Shown: piece by piece, positions 1-8,302 of the stretch
Layout: each line of letters opens with the position of its first letter
Position numbering within the stretch: the stretch's first letter is position 1
NCBI GenBank assembly: GCA_038043445.1
Contig: JBBTBY010000072.1
Span: 29,887-93,886, forward strand
DNA from: Spirochaetota bacterium
GTDB taxonomy: Bacteria; Spirochaetota; Brachyspiria; Brachyspirales; JACRPF01
Direction of reading: 5' to 3'
DNA: 64,000 nucleotides
Program-made: the position numbers and the translations under genes
The notes under the pieces: model-generated
The model's input: the letters and a program-made list of their open reading frames with translations, nothing else
Databases searched by the model: none
Told to the model about the DNA's origin: nothing

Positions 1-686
1 AGAACGGGCTTACTGTCATCGTAAGCCCCGGCGGCGTATGGCCGATGGCCGCTGACATCTCCTCCGACGATGCATCCGTTCGGAAAAATGGGATAGCTTG
101 GCATACGAACTGGATTGAAAAAGCCGCTGAGAGCGGAGCAGCAGCATATACCGGTGCGCTCTATTCTCATCCGGGGCATGTCGACCGGAGAAAAATATCG
201 GATGAATTCGAACATGCGGCCGAAGGGCTCAATCATCTCGCGGAGCACGGGAAAAAGCTTGGGGTGAATATCGTCATCGAACCGATGAGCCATTTTCGCG
301 TAAGCCTTATCAACACGCCGACGCAGGCAATGCTCCTTATCGCAGCGGCCGATCATCCGAATCTCGCGGTGCTCCTTGACACCTACCATTTGACGACCGA
401 GATACGCGATTATGCGGAGGCGGCGCGCACTGCGCTCCCGCGTCTCTGGGGCGTACACACCTGCGAGAACGATCGCGGCGTGCCCGGCGGCGGTATAGTT
501 CCCTGGGAGCCATTTCTCGATACATTATCAAATGCGATGTTTAACGGCTACTGTATATTCGAATCGTACAACAGCGCATTACGCGGGGGGGACTTCGCTT
601 TCTCCCGCGGCATGTTCCATGATGTCTGCCCCGACGGTGATGCGTTCGTTCGTCAGGGCATACGGTTCATCTCTTCCGTACAGTGA
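1..686 (+). CDS. sugar phosphate isomerase/epimerase, ketose 3-epimerase-like (xylose-isomerase-like TIM barrel); 5' end lies outside the window
   Basis: Frame 3 is open from nt 3 (NGLTVIVSPGGVWP precedes the tool's Met at 45), so the gene enters from upstream. TGA stop at 684-686. The blocks IEPMSHF, LLDTYH, HTCENDRGVPGGG and FESY resemble the metal-ligand blocks of D-psicose/D-tagatose 3-epimerase-type enzymes (from memory). Confidence 0.7.
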   Translation, partial: NGLTVIVSPGGVWPMAADISSDDASVRKNGIAWHTNWIEKAAESGAAAYTGALYSHPGHVDRRKISDEFEHAAEGLNHLAEHGKKLGVNIVIEPMSHFRVSLINTPTQAMLLIAAADHPNLAVLLDTYHLTTEIRDYAEAARTALPRLWGVHTCENDRGVPGGGIVPWEPFLDTLSNAMFNGYCIFESYNSALRGGDFAFSRGMFHDVCPDGDAFVRQGIRFISSVQ

Positions 687-871
687 CCCGCATTATCCCT
701 GGCCCCAGTGAACTCCGTGAGAAATATTTCTTCTCTCAGTAGAGCAGGGTCCACAGCTCACAAGGTGATACGGCATGAACGTTATATCGGACAAGTAAAG
801 CATCCTATCGGCTCTTGACGCATCCGCATCAAAGAAGTAGATTATGGCCACACACTGATGGAGCCAGACGT

Positions 872-1918
872 ATGAAGAACAGATCGGTCGCTATCGACGG
901 TGCGGGTAAAGCGTATATCCATGACGGAGAACTCGGCGACCCCGGCGAAGGGCAGATACAGGTACAAATGGCAAAAAGCCAGATAAGCGTCGGAACGGAA
1001 ATGATGGGTGTCATTCCGCGGCGCAAGAAGCCGGATCCGAAGGCTTCACCGACGTTCCCGGGATATTCGATAGCCGGTACGGTCATCAAGACAGGAAAGA
1101 ACGTGGACGGTTTCGCCGAGGGCGACCGCGTGATGGCCATGGGTGCCGGGCAGGCGACGCATGCGCTCTATTCCAATGTCAATCAGAACCTCAGCATGAA
1201 ACTCCCGAAAGCGATGTCCTTCGAGGACGGTGCAAATGTGGCGCTTGCGATAACCGCCATGCATGCGGTGCGCCGGCTTGATCCGGAATTCGGCAAGGCA
1301 TACATCATCGCCGGTCTCGGCATTGTGGGACAATTCGCGTCGCAGATACTCACGAGCGCCGGATGTACGGTCATCGGCCTCGATATATCAGACTTCCGTC
1401 TGAAAAAAGCGCTCAGCAACGGCATGCACCTCGGCGTAAAATCCATTACCGACGATGCCGGGCAAAAAGCCGTGAAAGATATCACCGAAAGCGACGGCGT
1501 TGACGGCGGTATCATATGCTTCGGCGGCGACGGCACGGAAACGCTCAAAGGGATCTATAATCTGATGATAACGCCGCCCGACACGCATCGCACGGGCCCT
1601 ATCGTGGTCGTCGGCGGGGCAACGTTCACGATACAGCTCGCCGCAGCGCTCGGCAACATCGATATACGCAGCGCCGCGCGCACCGGCCCCGGGTATAAGG
1701 ATGAATCGTGGGAGAAGGGACGCGACTATCCGGCCGGTTGGGTTCGCTGGGATACGCGGCACAACATGCGCGTATTTCGCGACTATGTGCTCAGCAAACG
1801 CATGAATGTCGCTTCGCTTGCGACGCACACGTTCACGCTCGATGAAGCGGCGAAGGCGTACGATGCCGTCGCGGAGAACACATTGCCCGATGCCCTCGGG
1901 ATATTCTTTGAACCGTGA
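872..1918 (+). CDS. zinc-type medium-chain (MDR) alcohol/polyol dehydrogenase
   Basis: ORF 815-1918. I prefer ATG 872 (MKNRSVAIDG) with GGAG about 9 nt upstream. GroES-like N-terminus followed by a Rossmann GLGIVGQ (GxGxxG). Length and layout are typical of the MDR family. Confidence 0.7.
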   Translation: MKNRSVAIDGAGKAYIHDGELGDPGEGQIQVQMAKSQISVGTEMMGVIPRRKKPDPKASPTFPGYSIAGTVIKTGKNVDGFAEGDRVMAMGAGQATHALYSNVNQNLSMKLPKAMSFEDGANVALAITAMHAVRRLDPEFGKAYIIAGLGIVGQFASQILTSAGCTVIGLDISDFRLKKALSNGMHLGVKSITDDAGQKAVKDITESDGVDGGIICFGGDGTETLKGIYNLMITPPDTHRTGPIVVVGGATFTIQLAAALGNIDIRSAARTGPGYKDESWEKGRDYPAGWVRWDTRHNMRVFRDYVLSKRMNVASLATHTFTLDEAAKAYDAVAENTLPDALGIFFEP

Positions 1919-1938
1919 CAGGCGCACTTACCGCTCGC

Positions 1939-3579
1939 TCACTCCTGGCTGAAAAGCTTTGATAATTCCCTGCTCATGGCGAGTTCGGAGAACACGTCCA
2001 CTATCGCCGGATCGAACTGCGTACCGGAACATCGTTTGATCTCGTTGACGGCATCCTCTACCGCCATCCGCGTCCGGTATGGACGGTCCGACGTCATCGC
2101 ATCGTAGGAATCGGCAACAGCGACGATGCGCCCGAGCATGGATATCTTCGTCCCGGCTATCCCATCCGGATAACCGGCACCGTCGAATCGCTCATGATGT
2201 TCACGTATCGCCGGAAGTATGTCCGGATGCGTCTTGATGTGCTTCATTATCTCAACGCCGTTCATGACATGCTTCTTGATAATATCATATTCGCCGGGCG
2301 TAAGCCGATCGGGCTTTTTCAATATCGCTTCATCGACGCCTATCTTGCCGATATCATGGAGTATGCCCGCCACCTGAAGGTTCATCCGCATCTCACGGGC
2401 GAGTCCCATCCGCTCAGCGATGAGCAGACTGTACAGGGTGACACGCTCCGAATGCCCGCGCGTGTACGGGTCTTTCATCTCGATCGCGTCAGAAAGCGCC
2501 TTTATCGAAGACAGGAACAACTCCTGCAGATCGCGAAAATGGCTCGCGTTCTTTATCGCCATGGCGCACTGCTCGGCCATGGCCGTGAAAAGCTTCATGT
2601 TCCCGTTATTGAAATCCCCGCCGTCGACGCGATTGACCGCTTCGGCCACACCGAGCACCCTCCCGCCGTACGTGAGCGGCACGGCCAGCACCTGTTTCGT
2701 CTTGAAACGCGTCTGTTCATCCGCCGTCTGATAGAAGCGCTTGTCACGGGCCACATCGTTCACGATACAGGGTTTATTCTCCTCTGCCACCCATCCGGCA
2801 ATGCCCTTGCCGCGAGGGATCTTCACCTCTTTCACGCGGCTCTTCCTGCTCCCGGTGACGGAGCGAAACACAAGGTCGCCGTTCACATCGACGAGCAGGA
2901 GCGATGAGCCCTCGACACGCATGACCTTTTTCGTCAATTCCATTATCTTGTCAAGCAGGAGCGAGATATCGAGCGTTGAGTTCACCGCCGAACTTACCGC
3001 GATAAGACTTTTAAGCTCGAGCATACGCTCACGGGCCTTCTCGGCAAGGAGATTGTTGTGTATAAGCATCGCCATTTGATTTGCGATGGCGGTAAGCACG
3101 CGCACATCCTTGAGGACGAATTTACGCTTTCTCGCATTATTGTTCAATATCTCCACCGCACCGATGACCGTCTTCCCGGCGATGAGCGGAACACATATCA
3201 TGGAACGCGTCCGAAAATCGATCTCACGGTCGATCTCTTTCTTGAAACGTCGGTCAAGATACGGGGCGTTCGTAAGGACCGGCTTCGTATGTTCGATCAC
3301 CCAGCCGCAAATGCCTTCCCCCGGCTTCAGCCGATAGCTCACGATACGTTTCGACCTCTTACCGCGCGCATGAAAAAAGTAGATCTTTTCCGACAGCTCG
3401 TCCTTGAGTATTATCGATGCCGCCTCCGACTGGAAATACTCGTTGATATAAGCGAGGATATGCCCAAGCACCGTCTTCAGATCATCCGCCCTGCTGATCG
3501 ACAGGGCGATATCCTCGAATATCCTCGCCCGAAGCGACATGAGCCGTACCGTATCCGCCGAACGATCGATCCGTTTCAT
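1939..3579 (-). CDS. GAF-GAF-HD-GYP domain protein (putative c-di-GMP phosphodiesterase)
   Basis: ORF 1939-3585. ATG at 3579 with GAGGA 8 nt upstream is preferred over GTG at 3585. Two GAF-like segments are followed by HD-GYP signatures HDIGKIGV and HHERFDGAGYPDG. TGA stop. Confidence 0.8.
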   Translation of the reverse strand: MKRIDRSADTVRLMSLRARIFEDIALSISRADDLKTVLGHILAYINEYFQSEAASIILKDELSEKIYFFHARGKRSKRIVSYRLKPGEGICGWVIEHTKPVLTNAPYLDRRFKKEIDREIDFRTRSMICVPLIAGKTVIGAVEILNNNARKRKFVLKDVRVLTAIANQMAMLIHNNLLAEKARERMLELKSLIAVSSAVNSTLDISLLLDKIMELTKKVMRVEGSSLLLVDVNGDLVFRSVTGSRKSRVKEVKIPRGKGIAGWVAEENKPCIVNDVARDKRFYQTADEQTRFKTKQVLAVPLTYGGRVLGVAEAVNRVDGGDFNNGNMKLFTAMAEQCAMAIKNASHFRDLQELFLSSIKALSDAIEMKDPYTRGHSERVTLYSLLIAERMGLAREMRMNLQVAGILHDIGKIGVDEAILKKPDRLTPGEYDIIKKHVMNGVEIMKHIKTHPDILPAIREHHERFDGAGYPDGIAGTKISMLGRIVAVADSYDAMTSDRPYRTRMAVEDAVNEIKRCSGTQFDPAIVDVFSELAMSRELSKLFSQE

Positions 3580-3604
3580 GGACACATCCTCGCGTCTTCG
3601 TTCC

Positions 3605-4978
3605 TTAAAAACCCGGTATCTTGTTCTGCTTCAGAAGGTCCGTCGCCTTGTTCTTCGCTTCCGATTCCGCTTTCTTCTTGCCTTCGTCCGCTTTGCGGTT
3701 AAGCTCGTTCTGATATGCGTTCAGATTGTTCTCTATCTCTTTTTTCTTCTGATCGAGCTTATCGCGCTCGGCAAAGACCGCCTTCTCCTGCGCACCGAAA
3801 CCCGCCGTTATCGACGCACGGTCGGCACCGATGCTTGTCAGCACGCGCCGCTGCTCCGCCCCTGCGACACGGTCGAACTCCTTCTCCAAGTACCGCGTAA
3901 GCTCATCGGCCTTGTCGCCGAACAATTTTTTGAGCCGGGCGGCGAGTTGATTATCGAGGTCCGAATCGACCGACGTTTCAACACGCCCGTTCTCACTTTT
4001 CATCGCAAGCGTAAGCGTCATGTTCTTCACCGATGAAAGGGTGTCGCGTACGATGCCTGAGAATGCATCGAGGCGTTCGTTGGTATTGAATTCAAGATCG
4101 ATACGCCTGAGCGCGACACGCACCACCGCATCGGACCGGTTCGAGGAGAACGTTACTCCGGCATCGGCGTTCGCTGTGCAGCTCCGCATGCGCATCGGAA
4201 GCCCATTGGCGCCGTTCCCGAGCACGAGATCGGCTATCGGCATGTCCTTTACTGTTATCTTGTATGAGTCGATCGATGCACCGCCGCGGCGATCGAACAT
4301 CGCGGAAACATCCCCTGCCGCGTTGCGGTATGCGGGCACCATGACGGAAAGCTTCGCCGTCATCGGCATACCGGCATGGTCCTGATCGGAGGTGATATCG
4401 CGTATCTCGCCGGCGATGAAGGGCGATGTGAGCGCCTCGTCCGCGTATGCTTTTTCGTTGCAGGAGATGCGCATCACACCGATGCGGAACGAGGGATACG
4501 CCATCTCCCTGAGCGGGAATTCGATATCGTACCCGCGGGAACCGAATTTATTTTTTTGTATCGAGATGTTCTTCCGAACGTTCGGCGGTATGGTCTTATT
4601 GATGCGGTCAAGCCAGTACATGCCGTTAAAAAGCCTGCCCGTCACCTCGGGGCCGAACACCATTTCCGCAACATTACCGATCGATACGCCTTCGATATTG
4701 AGCTTCCGGAGCATGCCGTTATACTCATCGCGTGCCGCGCTCTGTGCGGCTTGAGTAAGCTGAGAAAGCGAGTCCATATCCGCATCGAGCGCACGTTTCT
4801 TCGCCGTCATATCATCGACGATGGTATCAAGTCGTTTCTTTGCGTCGGTGATCGCCGCTATCTTCGTGCGTGCATCTTCCTGTGCCTTGATGAGGTTCGA
4901 GGTATCGAGCTTCGTATCGAGCGACTTCACCTTCTCCACCGCAGCGGCCGCCTGTTTCCCGTAGTCCATCGCGCCCAC
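3605..4978 (-). CDS. TIGR03545-like protein, C-terminal 457-aa portion (downstream of an in-frame TAG)
   Basis: Long ORF in the same frame as 4994-5521, separated only by TAG (4994-4996) plus 5 sense codons. No convincing SD precedes its GTG (4978) or ATG (4969). Coiled-coil-like N-terminal third followed by a beta-rich region. Sits beside a TIGR03546/DUF2062-like gene, as I recall for this family pair. Confidence 0.55.
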   Translation of the reverse strand: MGAMDYGKQAAAAVEKVKSLDTKLDTSNLIKAQEDARTKIAAITDAKKRLDTIVDDMTAKKRALDADMDSLSQLTQAAQSAARDEYNGMLRKLNIEGVSIGNVAEMVFGPEVTGRLFNGMYWLDRINKTIPPNVRKNISIQKNKFGSRGYDIEFPLREMAYPSFRIGVMRISCNEKAYADEALTSPFIAGEIRDITSDQDHAGMPMTAKLSVMVPAYRNAAGDVSAMFDRRGGASIDSYKITVKDMPIADLVLGNGANGLPMRMRSCTANADAGVTFSSNRSDAVVRVALRRIDLEFNTNERLDAFSGIVRDTLSSVKNMTLTLAMKSENGRVETSVDSDLDNQLAARLKKLFGDKADELTRYLEKEFDRVAGAEQRRVLTSIGADRASITAGFGAQEKAVFAERDKLDQKKKEIENNLNAYQNELNRKADEGKKKAESEAKNKATDLLKQNKIPGF

Positions 4979-4993
4979 CGCGGTCTTCCATTT

Positions 4994-5521
4994 CTATGTA
5001 ACACCCGTACTGGACGCCTCGAGGGAGCGGTCATCCTTTACTGATGCGAGTTCCCCCTTGAGCAGCGAATCTATCTCAAGCTTCTTCTTCGCAGTATCCA
5101 TCGCCCCCTCGGCGAACGACGGGCGCCGTGATGCTTCCGGTTTCTTTGCAGCAGCCGATCTCGTACGCCATACCCTGCCGTCGTAACGGCGTTTCGTGTT
5201 CAATCGGATGTTCTCGACAGCCGCTACGTCAATGATGGTTTTCGATTCGAGGAGCGCATTCAAGTTCAGCGCCAGCCGTATACGGCCGATATCGACGATA
5301 TTGTTCTGCGTGTTGTTCACATCGGTCACTTCAAGCCGCGTAAGATCGACCGAAATATCGTGGATGCGTACCGTCGCTGCGCCGACATCTACCTTGGCAC
5401 CGACAAGCGCGGTACCGCCCGTCTCTATCGCCCACTTTACAAGCAGCGGTGAACACAGTATTTCAAGGGATATCGTTCCGACTGAACCGATGACAAGTAT
5501 TATTACATTGATCCAATTCAT
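4994..5521 (-). CDS. TIGR03545-like protein, N-terminal 175-aa portion (TM anchor plus AsmA-like beta-rich start)
   Basis: Starts MNWINVIILVIGSVGTISLEIL (single N-terminal TM helix). Its ATG overlaps the stop of the upstream gene in ATGA (5518-5521). It ends at a TAG that is in frame with ORF 3605-4978. Confidence 0.55.
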   Translation of the reverse strand: MNWINVIILVIGSVGTISLEILCSPLLVKWAIETGGTALVGAKVDVGAATVRIHDISVDLTRLEVTDVNNTQNNIVDIGRIRLALNLNALLESKTIIDVAAVENIRLNTKRRYDGRVWRTRSAAAKKPEASRRPSFAEGAMDTAKKKLEIDSLLKGELASVKDDRSLEASSTGVT

Positions 5522-6027
5522 CGTGCGCCCCCTGCGGTAACGCTCACCACCGAGCCCGTTTTCTTTTTTGGCCTCAGGAACGGGATCTTATCGCGCACCT
5601 TGTCCCGGTAGAATATATACGCCTTTTTTCCGCCCAGGAACATCGGTAGAAATCCGATAATACCGACAAGGAAGCCGCCCATGACGGCCGTATTGTAGAA
5701 TTTCGTTTGCGGGACTATGGGGATGTTCCGGAGCTTCGCCCAAAGCGGGACAAGGAAAGGAATATCCATGAGGACAAAAGCCCCGAGCGGAACGACAGCA
5801 GGCTCAACGGCGACCGCGATGATCTTAAAGAGGAAGAGACTTAAAAAACCGGCAGCCTTATTCACCTTGATGACGAAGAATATCACGAATATGACCACGG
5901 ACAACAATGAAACCGGCTGAAAGGCCATGACAAAACCGAACGCAATGGCAAGCCCCACCTCTGTCGGATTCTGGTCCTTTTTGAGCAGGTCCATGAGATG
6001 TTTGAAGATATTCAGGATATCGAGCAT
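5518..6027 (-). CDS. TIGR03546 / DUF2062-like small polytopic membrane protein
   Basis: Tool ORF runs to 6132, but ATG 6027 (MLDILNIFKH) has AAGGGGG 5-11 nt upstream. About 169 aa with 3-4 hydrophobic helices and a basic tail. Translationally coupled (ATGA) to the TIGR03545-like ORF. Confidence 0.55.
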   Translation of the reverse strand: MLDILNIFKHLMDLLKKDQNPTEVGLAIAFGFVMAFQPVSLLSVVIFVIFFVIKVNKAAGFLSLFLFKIIAVAVEPAVVPLGAFVLMDIPFLVPLWAKLRNIPIVPQTKFYNTAVMGGFLVGIIGFLPMFLGGKKAYIFYRDKVRDKIPFLRPKKKTGSVVSVTAGGAR

Positions 6028-6117
6028 CGTCGCCCCCTTTGGGTTTAACTTCAGCGCAAGTATACACCCAATTCGACGCGTCATCAAGTCGATAGTAGAA
6101 CTGTCGCGAAAATAGAG

Positions 6118-6141
6118 AACAGCGGGTTGCAACCCGCTGTT
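6118..6141. repeat. perfect 24-bp palindrome AACAGCGGGTTGCAACCCGCTGTT in a divergent intergenic region
   Basis: Read directly; the sequence equals its own reverse complement. Lies 91 nt upstream of ATG 6027 (minus strand) and 122 nt upstream of ATG 6263 (plus strand). Confidence 0.9.
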
Positions 6142-6262
6142 TCGTTATTCCTGGGTATGGCACACACCTGGCTGCCCCCCCCCTGCCTTGCTCTGGATTA
6201 ATTTGAACTACCGCTATATAAATACTTTCGATACCCGAAAACAGACTTGCGGGACGGAACAC

Positions 6263-8302
6263 ATGGAAACAACGACGTTCTATATCTCCCCCACCGGCAA
6301 TGATCGCTGGTCGGGTTCTCTCGATGCGCCCACTGCGGCAAAAACCGATGGCCCGTTCGCATCGATACCCCGTGCGCTGAAAGCGGTACGCGAGGAACAC
6401 AGCCGCGGCACACTCGTATCACCGGCCGTGATATATCTTCGCGGCGGGACATACCGGATACGCGAGACCATTGTGCTGACAATGGCTGATTCCGTGCCGG
6501 TTACCCTGCGTGCGTACGAGAACGAAACGCCTGTCATCGACGGCGGAGAATGCATAACCGGTTTCTCAGCCGAAAAGATCAACGGGCATGATGTGTGGAC
6601 TGCCTCCATACCGCAGGGGAATACCGGCTGGTATTTCCGGGAGCTCTTCGTCAACGGACAACGGCGTCCGCGGGCGCGCCTCCCGAAGGTCGGCCCGACA
6701 CCAAGCGAACGGGGTTTTTTCTGGATGGAGAGTGTTCCCGATATCACGTTGCAGGCGGAGCTCTTCGACGGGAGCCGGCGGTTTCAGGCAAAAAAAGGTG
6801 ATATGCGCCCCTGGAAGAACATCACGGATGCAGAGATAGTCGTTCTTCATTATTGGACAGAAGAGCGTATGCCGATAGCCTCGTTCGATGACGCCTCCGG
6901 TATAGTGACATCAGAGCGCCGAAGCATTTTTGCGCTTAAGGATGATTTCAAACCGCAATGGGCGAAATACTACATCGACAATATCATCGAAGGCCTCACC
7001 GAACCGGGCGAATGGTATCTCGATAAAGAAGCATCAAAACTCTATTACTATCCGCGTCCCGGTGAAACGCCTGAGAACACCGAGATAGCCGCTCCGCGCG
7101 TAACAGCCCTCATGCGCTTCGACGGTGATCCCGACACGAACCGTTTCATCGAGAACATAACGCTCCGCGGCATCACGTTCCGGCATGCGGACTGGATAAT
7201 GCCGCGCGGGGGCGCGCCGGTGCACGACAAAGTCCCCGACATCGAGTATGCGGCTTCCGCGCAGGGGGCATCGCATGCGGGCGGCGCGATAGAGATGACC
7301 GGCACACGCGGCTGCGCGTTCGAGGACTGTACCGTGGAACATGTCGGGCTCTATGCGTTCAATATCATGGATGGCTGCATCGGCAATCGATTCGCGCGCA
7401 ATACGATGAGCGACCTCGGCGCGGGCGGTATAAAGCAGACGGGATCTCGCGCGGAAGGGCCGACAGTACGACGCACGGGGAACAGCGTTATCGCGGACAA
7501 TCACATCCATCACGGCGGGCAGGTATTCCACAGCGCCACCGGCATCATGCTCATGGATACGTTCGGCAATGAAGTATCACGCAATCATATACATGACTTC
7601 TATTATTCCGGCATATCAAGCGGATGGGTATGGGGATTCGCCGACAGCGTATCGAAAGACAATCACTTCATCGACAATCATATTCATGATCTCGGCTTCG
7701 GATGGCTCTCCGACATGGGCGGCATCTATCTCCTCGGCGTGCAGCCCGGGACCATCGTCCGCGGGAACATCATTTACAATATCGAGAACGCTAATTACGG
7801 CGGCTGGGGCATCTATCTTGACGAAGGAAGCGCGCATGTCATCGTGGAGAACAATATCTGCCATCACACCGCATGCGAGCCGTTCCACATGCATTATGGA
7901 AGGGAATGCATCGTGCGAAACAATATCTTCATCGCGGAGAAAACCGCGGCGATAGCGCTCGGGCGCGAAGGAACGGAAGTATCGCTCACCATCGAACGGA
8001 ATATCCTCATCGTGAACGGCACACCGATATACGCCGGCGGCTACGGCACGGATATCCGTAAACGCGTCATCATCGCCGATGCGAACTGTCTTTGGGATGT
8101 GCGCGGCAAACTTCCGGTGATCGCAGGGAATGCAGCGGGCAAAGAGCCGAAGGACGGCATCGATCTTGCCGCGTGGCGCGCGCAGGGAAATGATATTCAC
8201 ACCGTTATCGCCGATCCGAAGATCATCTGGCGCGATGGGAAACCGTGCGCCGCTGCGGATTCTCCGGCATTATCGACAGGGTTCCGTCCGTTCACAACAT
8301 GA
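6263..8302 (+). CDS. right-handed parallel beta-helix repeat protein (pectate-lyase fold, putative glycan-active enzyme); no signal peptide
   Basis: ATG 6263 (METTTFYISPTGNDRWSG) within tool ORF 6188-8302. The start 'YISPxGxDxxxGS...PFASI' and repeated GxxxxxNxI/HD-type beta-helix rungs (NHIHHGG, NHIHDF, NHIHDLG, GNIIYNI, NNICHH) are typical of the family. Confidence 0.65.
   Translation: METTTFYISPTGNDRWSGSLDAPTAAKTDGPFASIPRALKAVREEHSRGTLVSPAVIYLRGGTYRIRETIVLTMADSVPVTLRAYENETPVIDGGECITGFSAEKINGHDVWTASIPQGNTGWYFRELFVNGQRRPRARLPKVGPTPSERGFFWMESVPDITLQAELFDGSRRFQAKKGDMRPWKNITDAEIVVLHYWTEERMPIASFDDASGIVTSERRSIFALKDDFKPQWAKYYIDNIIEGLTEPGEWYLDKEASKLYYYPRPGETPENTEIAAPRVTALMRFDGDPDTNRFIENITLRGITFRHADWIMPRGGAPVHDKVPDIEYAASAQGASHAGGAIEMTGTRGCAFEDCTVEHVGLYAFNIMDGCIGNRFARNTMSDLGAGGIKQTGSRAEGPTVRRTGNSVIADNHIHHGGQVFHSATGIMLMDTFGNEVSRNHIHDFYYSGISSGWVWGFADSVSKDNHFIDNHIHDLGFGWLSDMGGIYLLGVQPGTIVRGNIIYNIENANYGGWGIYLDEGSAHVIVENNICHHTACEPFHMHYGRECIVRNNIFIAEKTAAIALGREGTEVSLTIERNILIVNGTPIYAGGYGTDIRKRVIIADANCLWDVRGKLPVIAGNAAGKEPKDGIDLAAWRAQGNDIHTVIADPKIIWRDGKPCAAADSPALSTGFRPFTT

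Noticed and set aside
4994-4996. In-frame TAG as programmed recoding (pyrrolysine or suppression)
   Set aside because: No pyl genes or suppressor tRNA are in the window. At least three other genes here (ALDH at 15627, the 628-aa ORF at 23742 and this one) use TAG at plausible natural C-termini. A nonsense mutation or sequencing error is the simpler explanation.
5518-6132. Long form (204 aa) of the TIGR03546-like ORF
   Set aside because: The first 35 codons lack an SD and run into the 24-bp palindrome. ATG 6027 has a strong AAGGGGG SD and yields a protein beginning at the conserved region.
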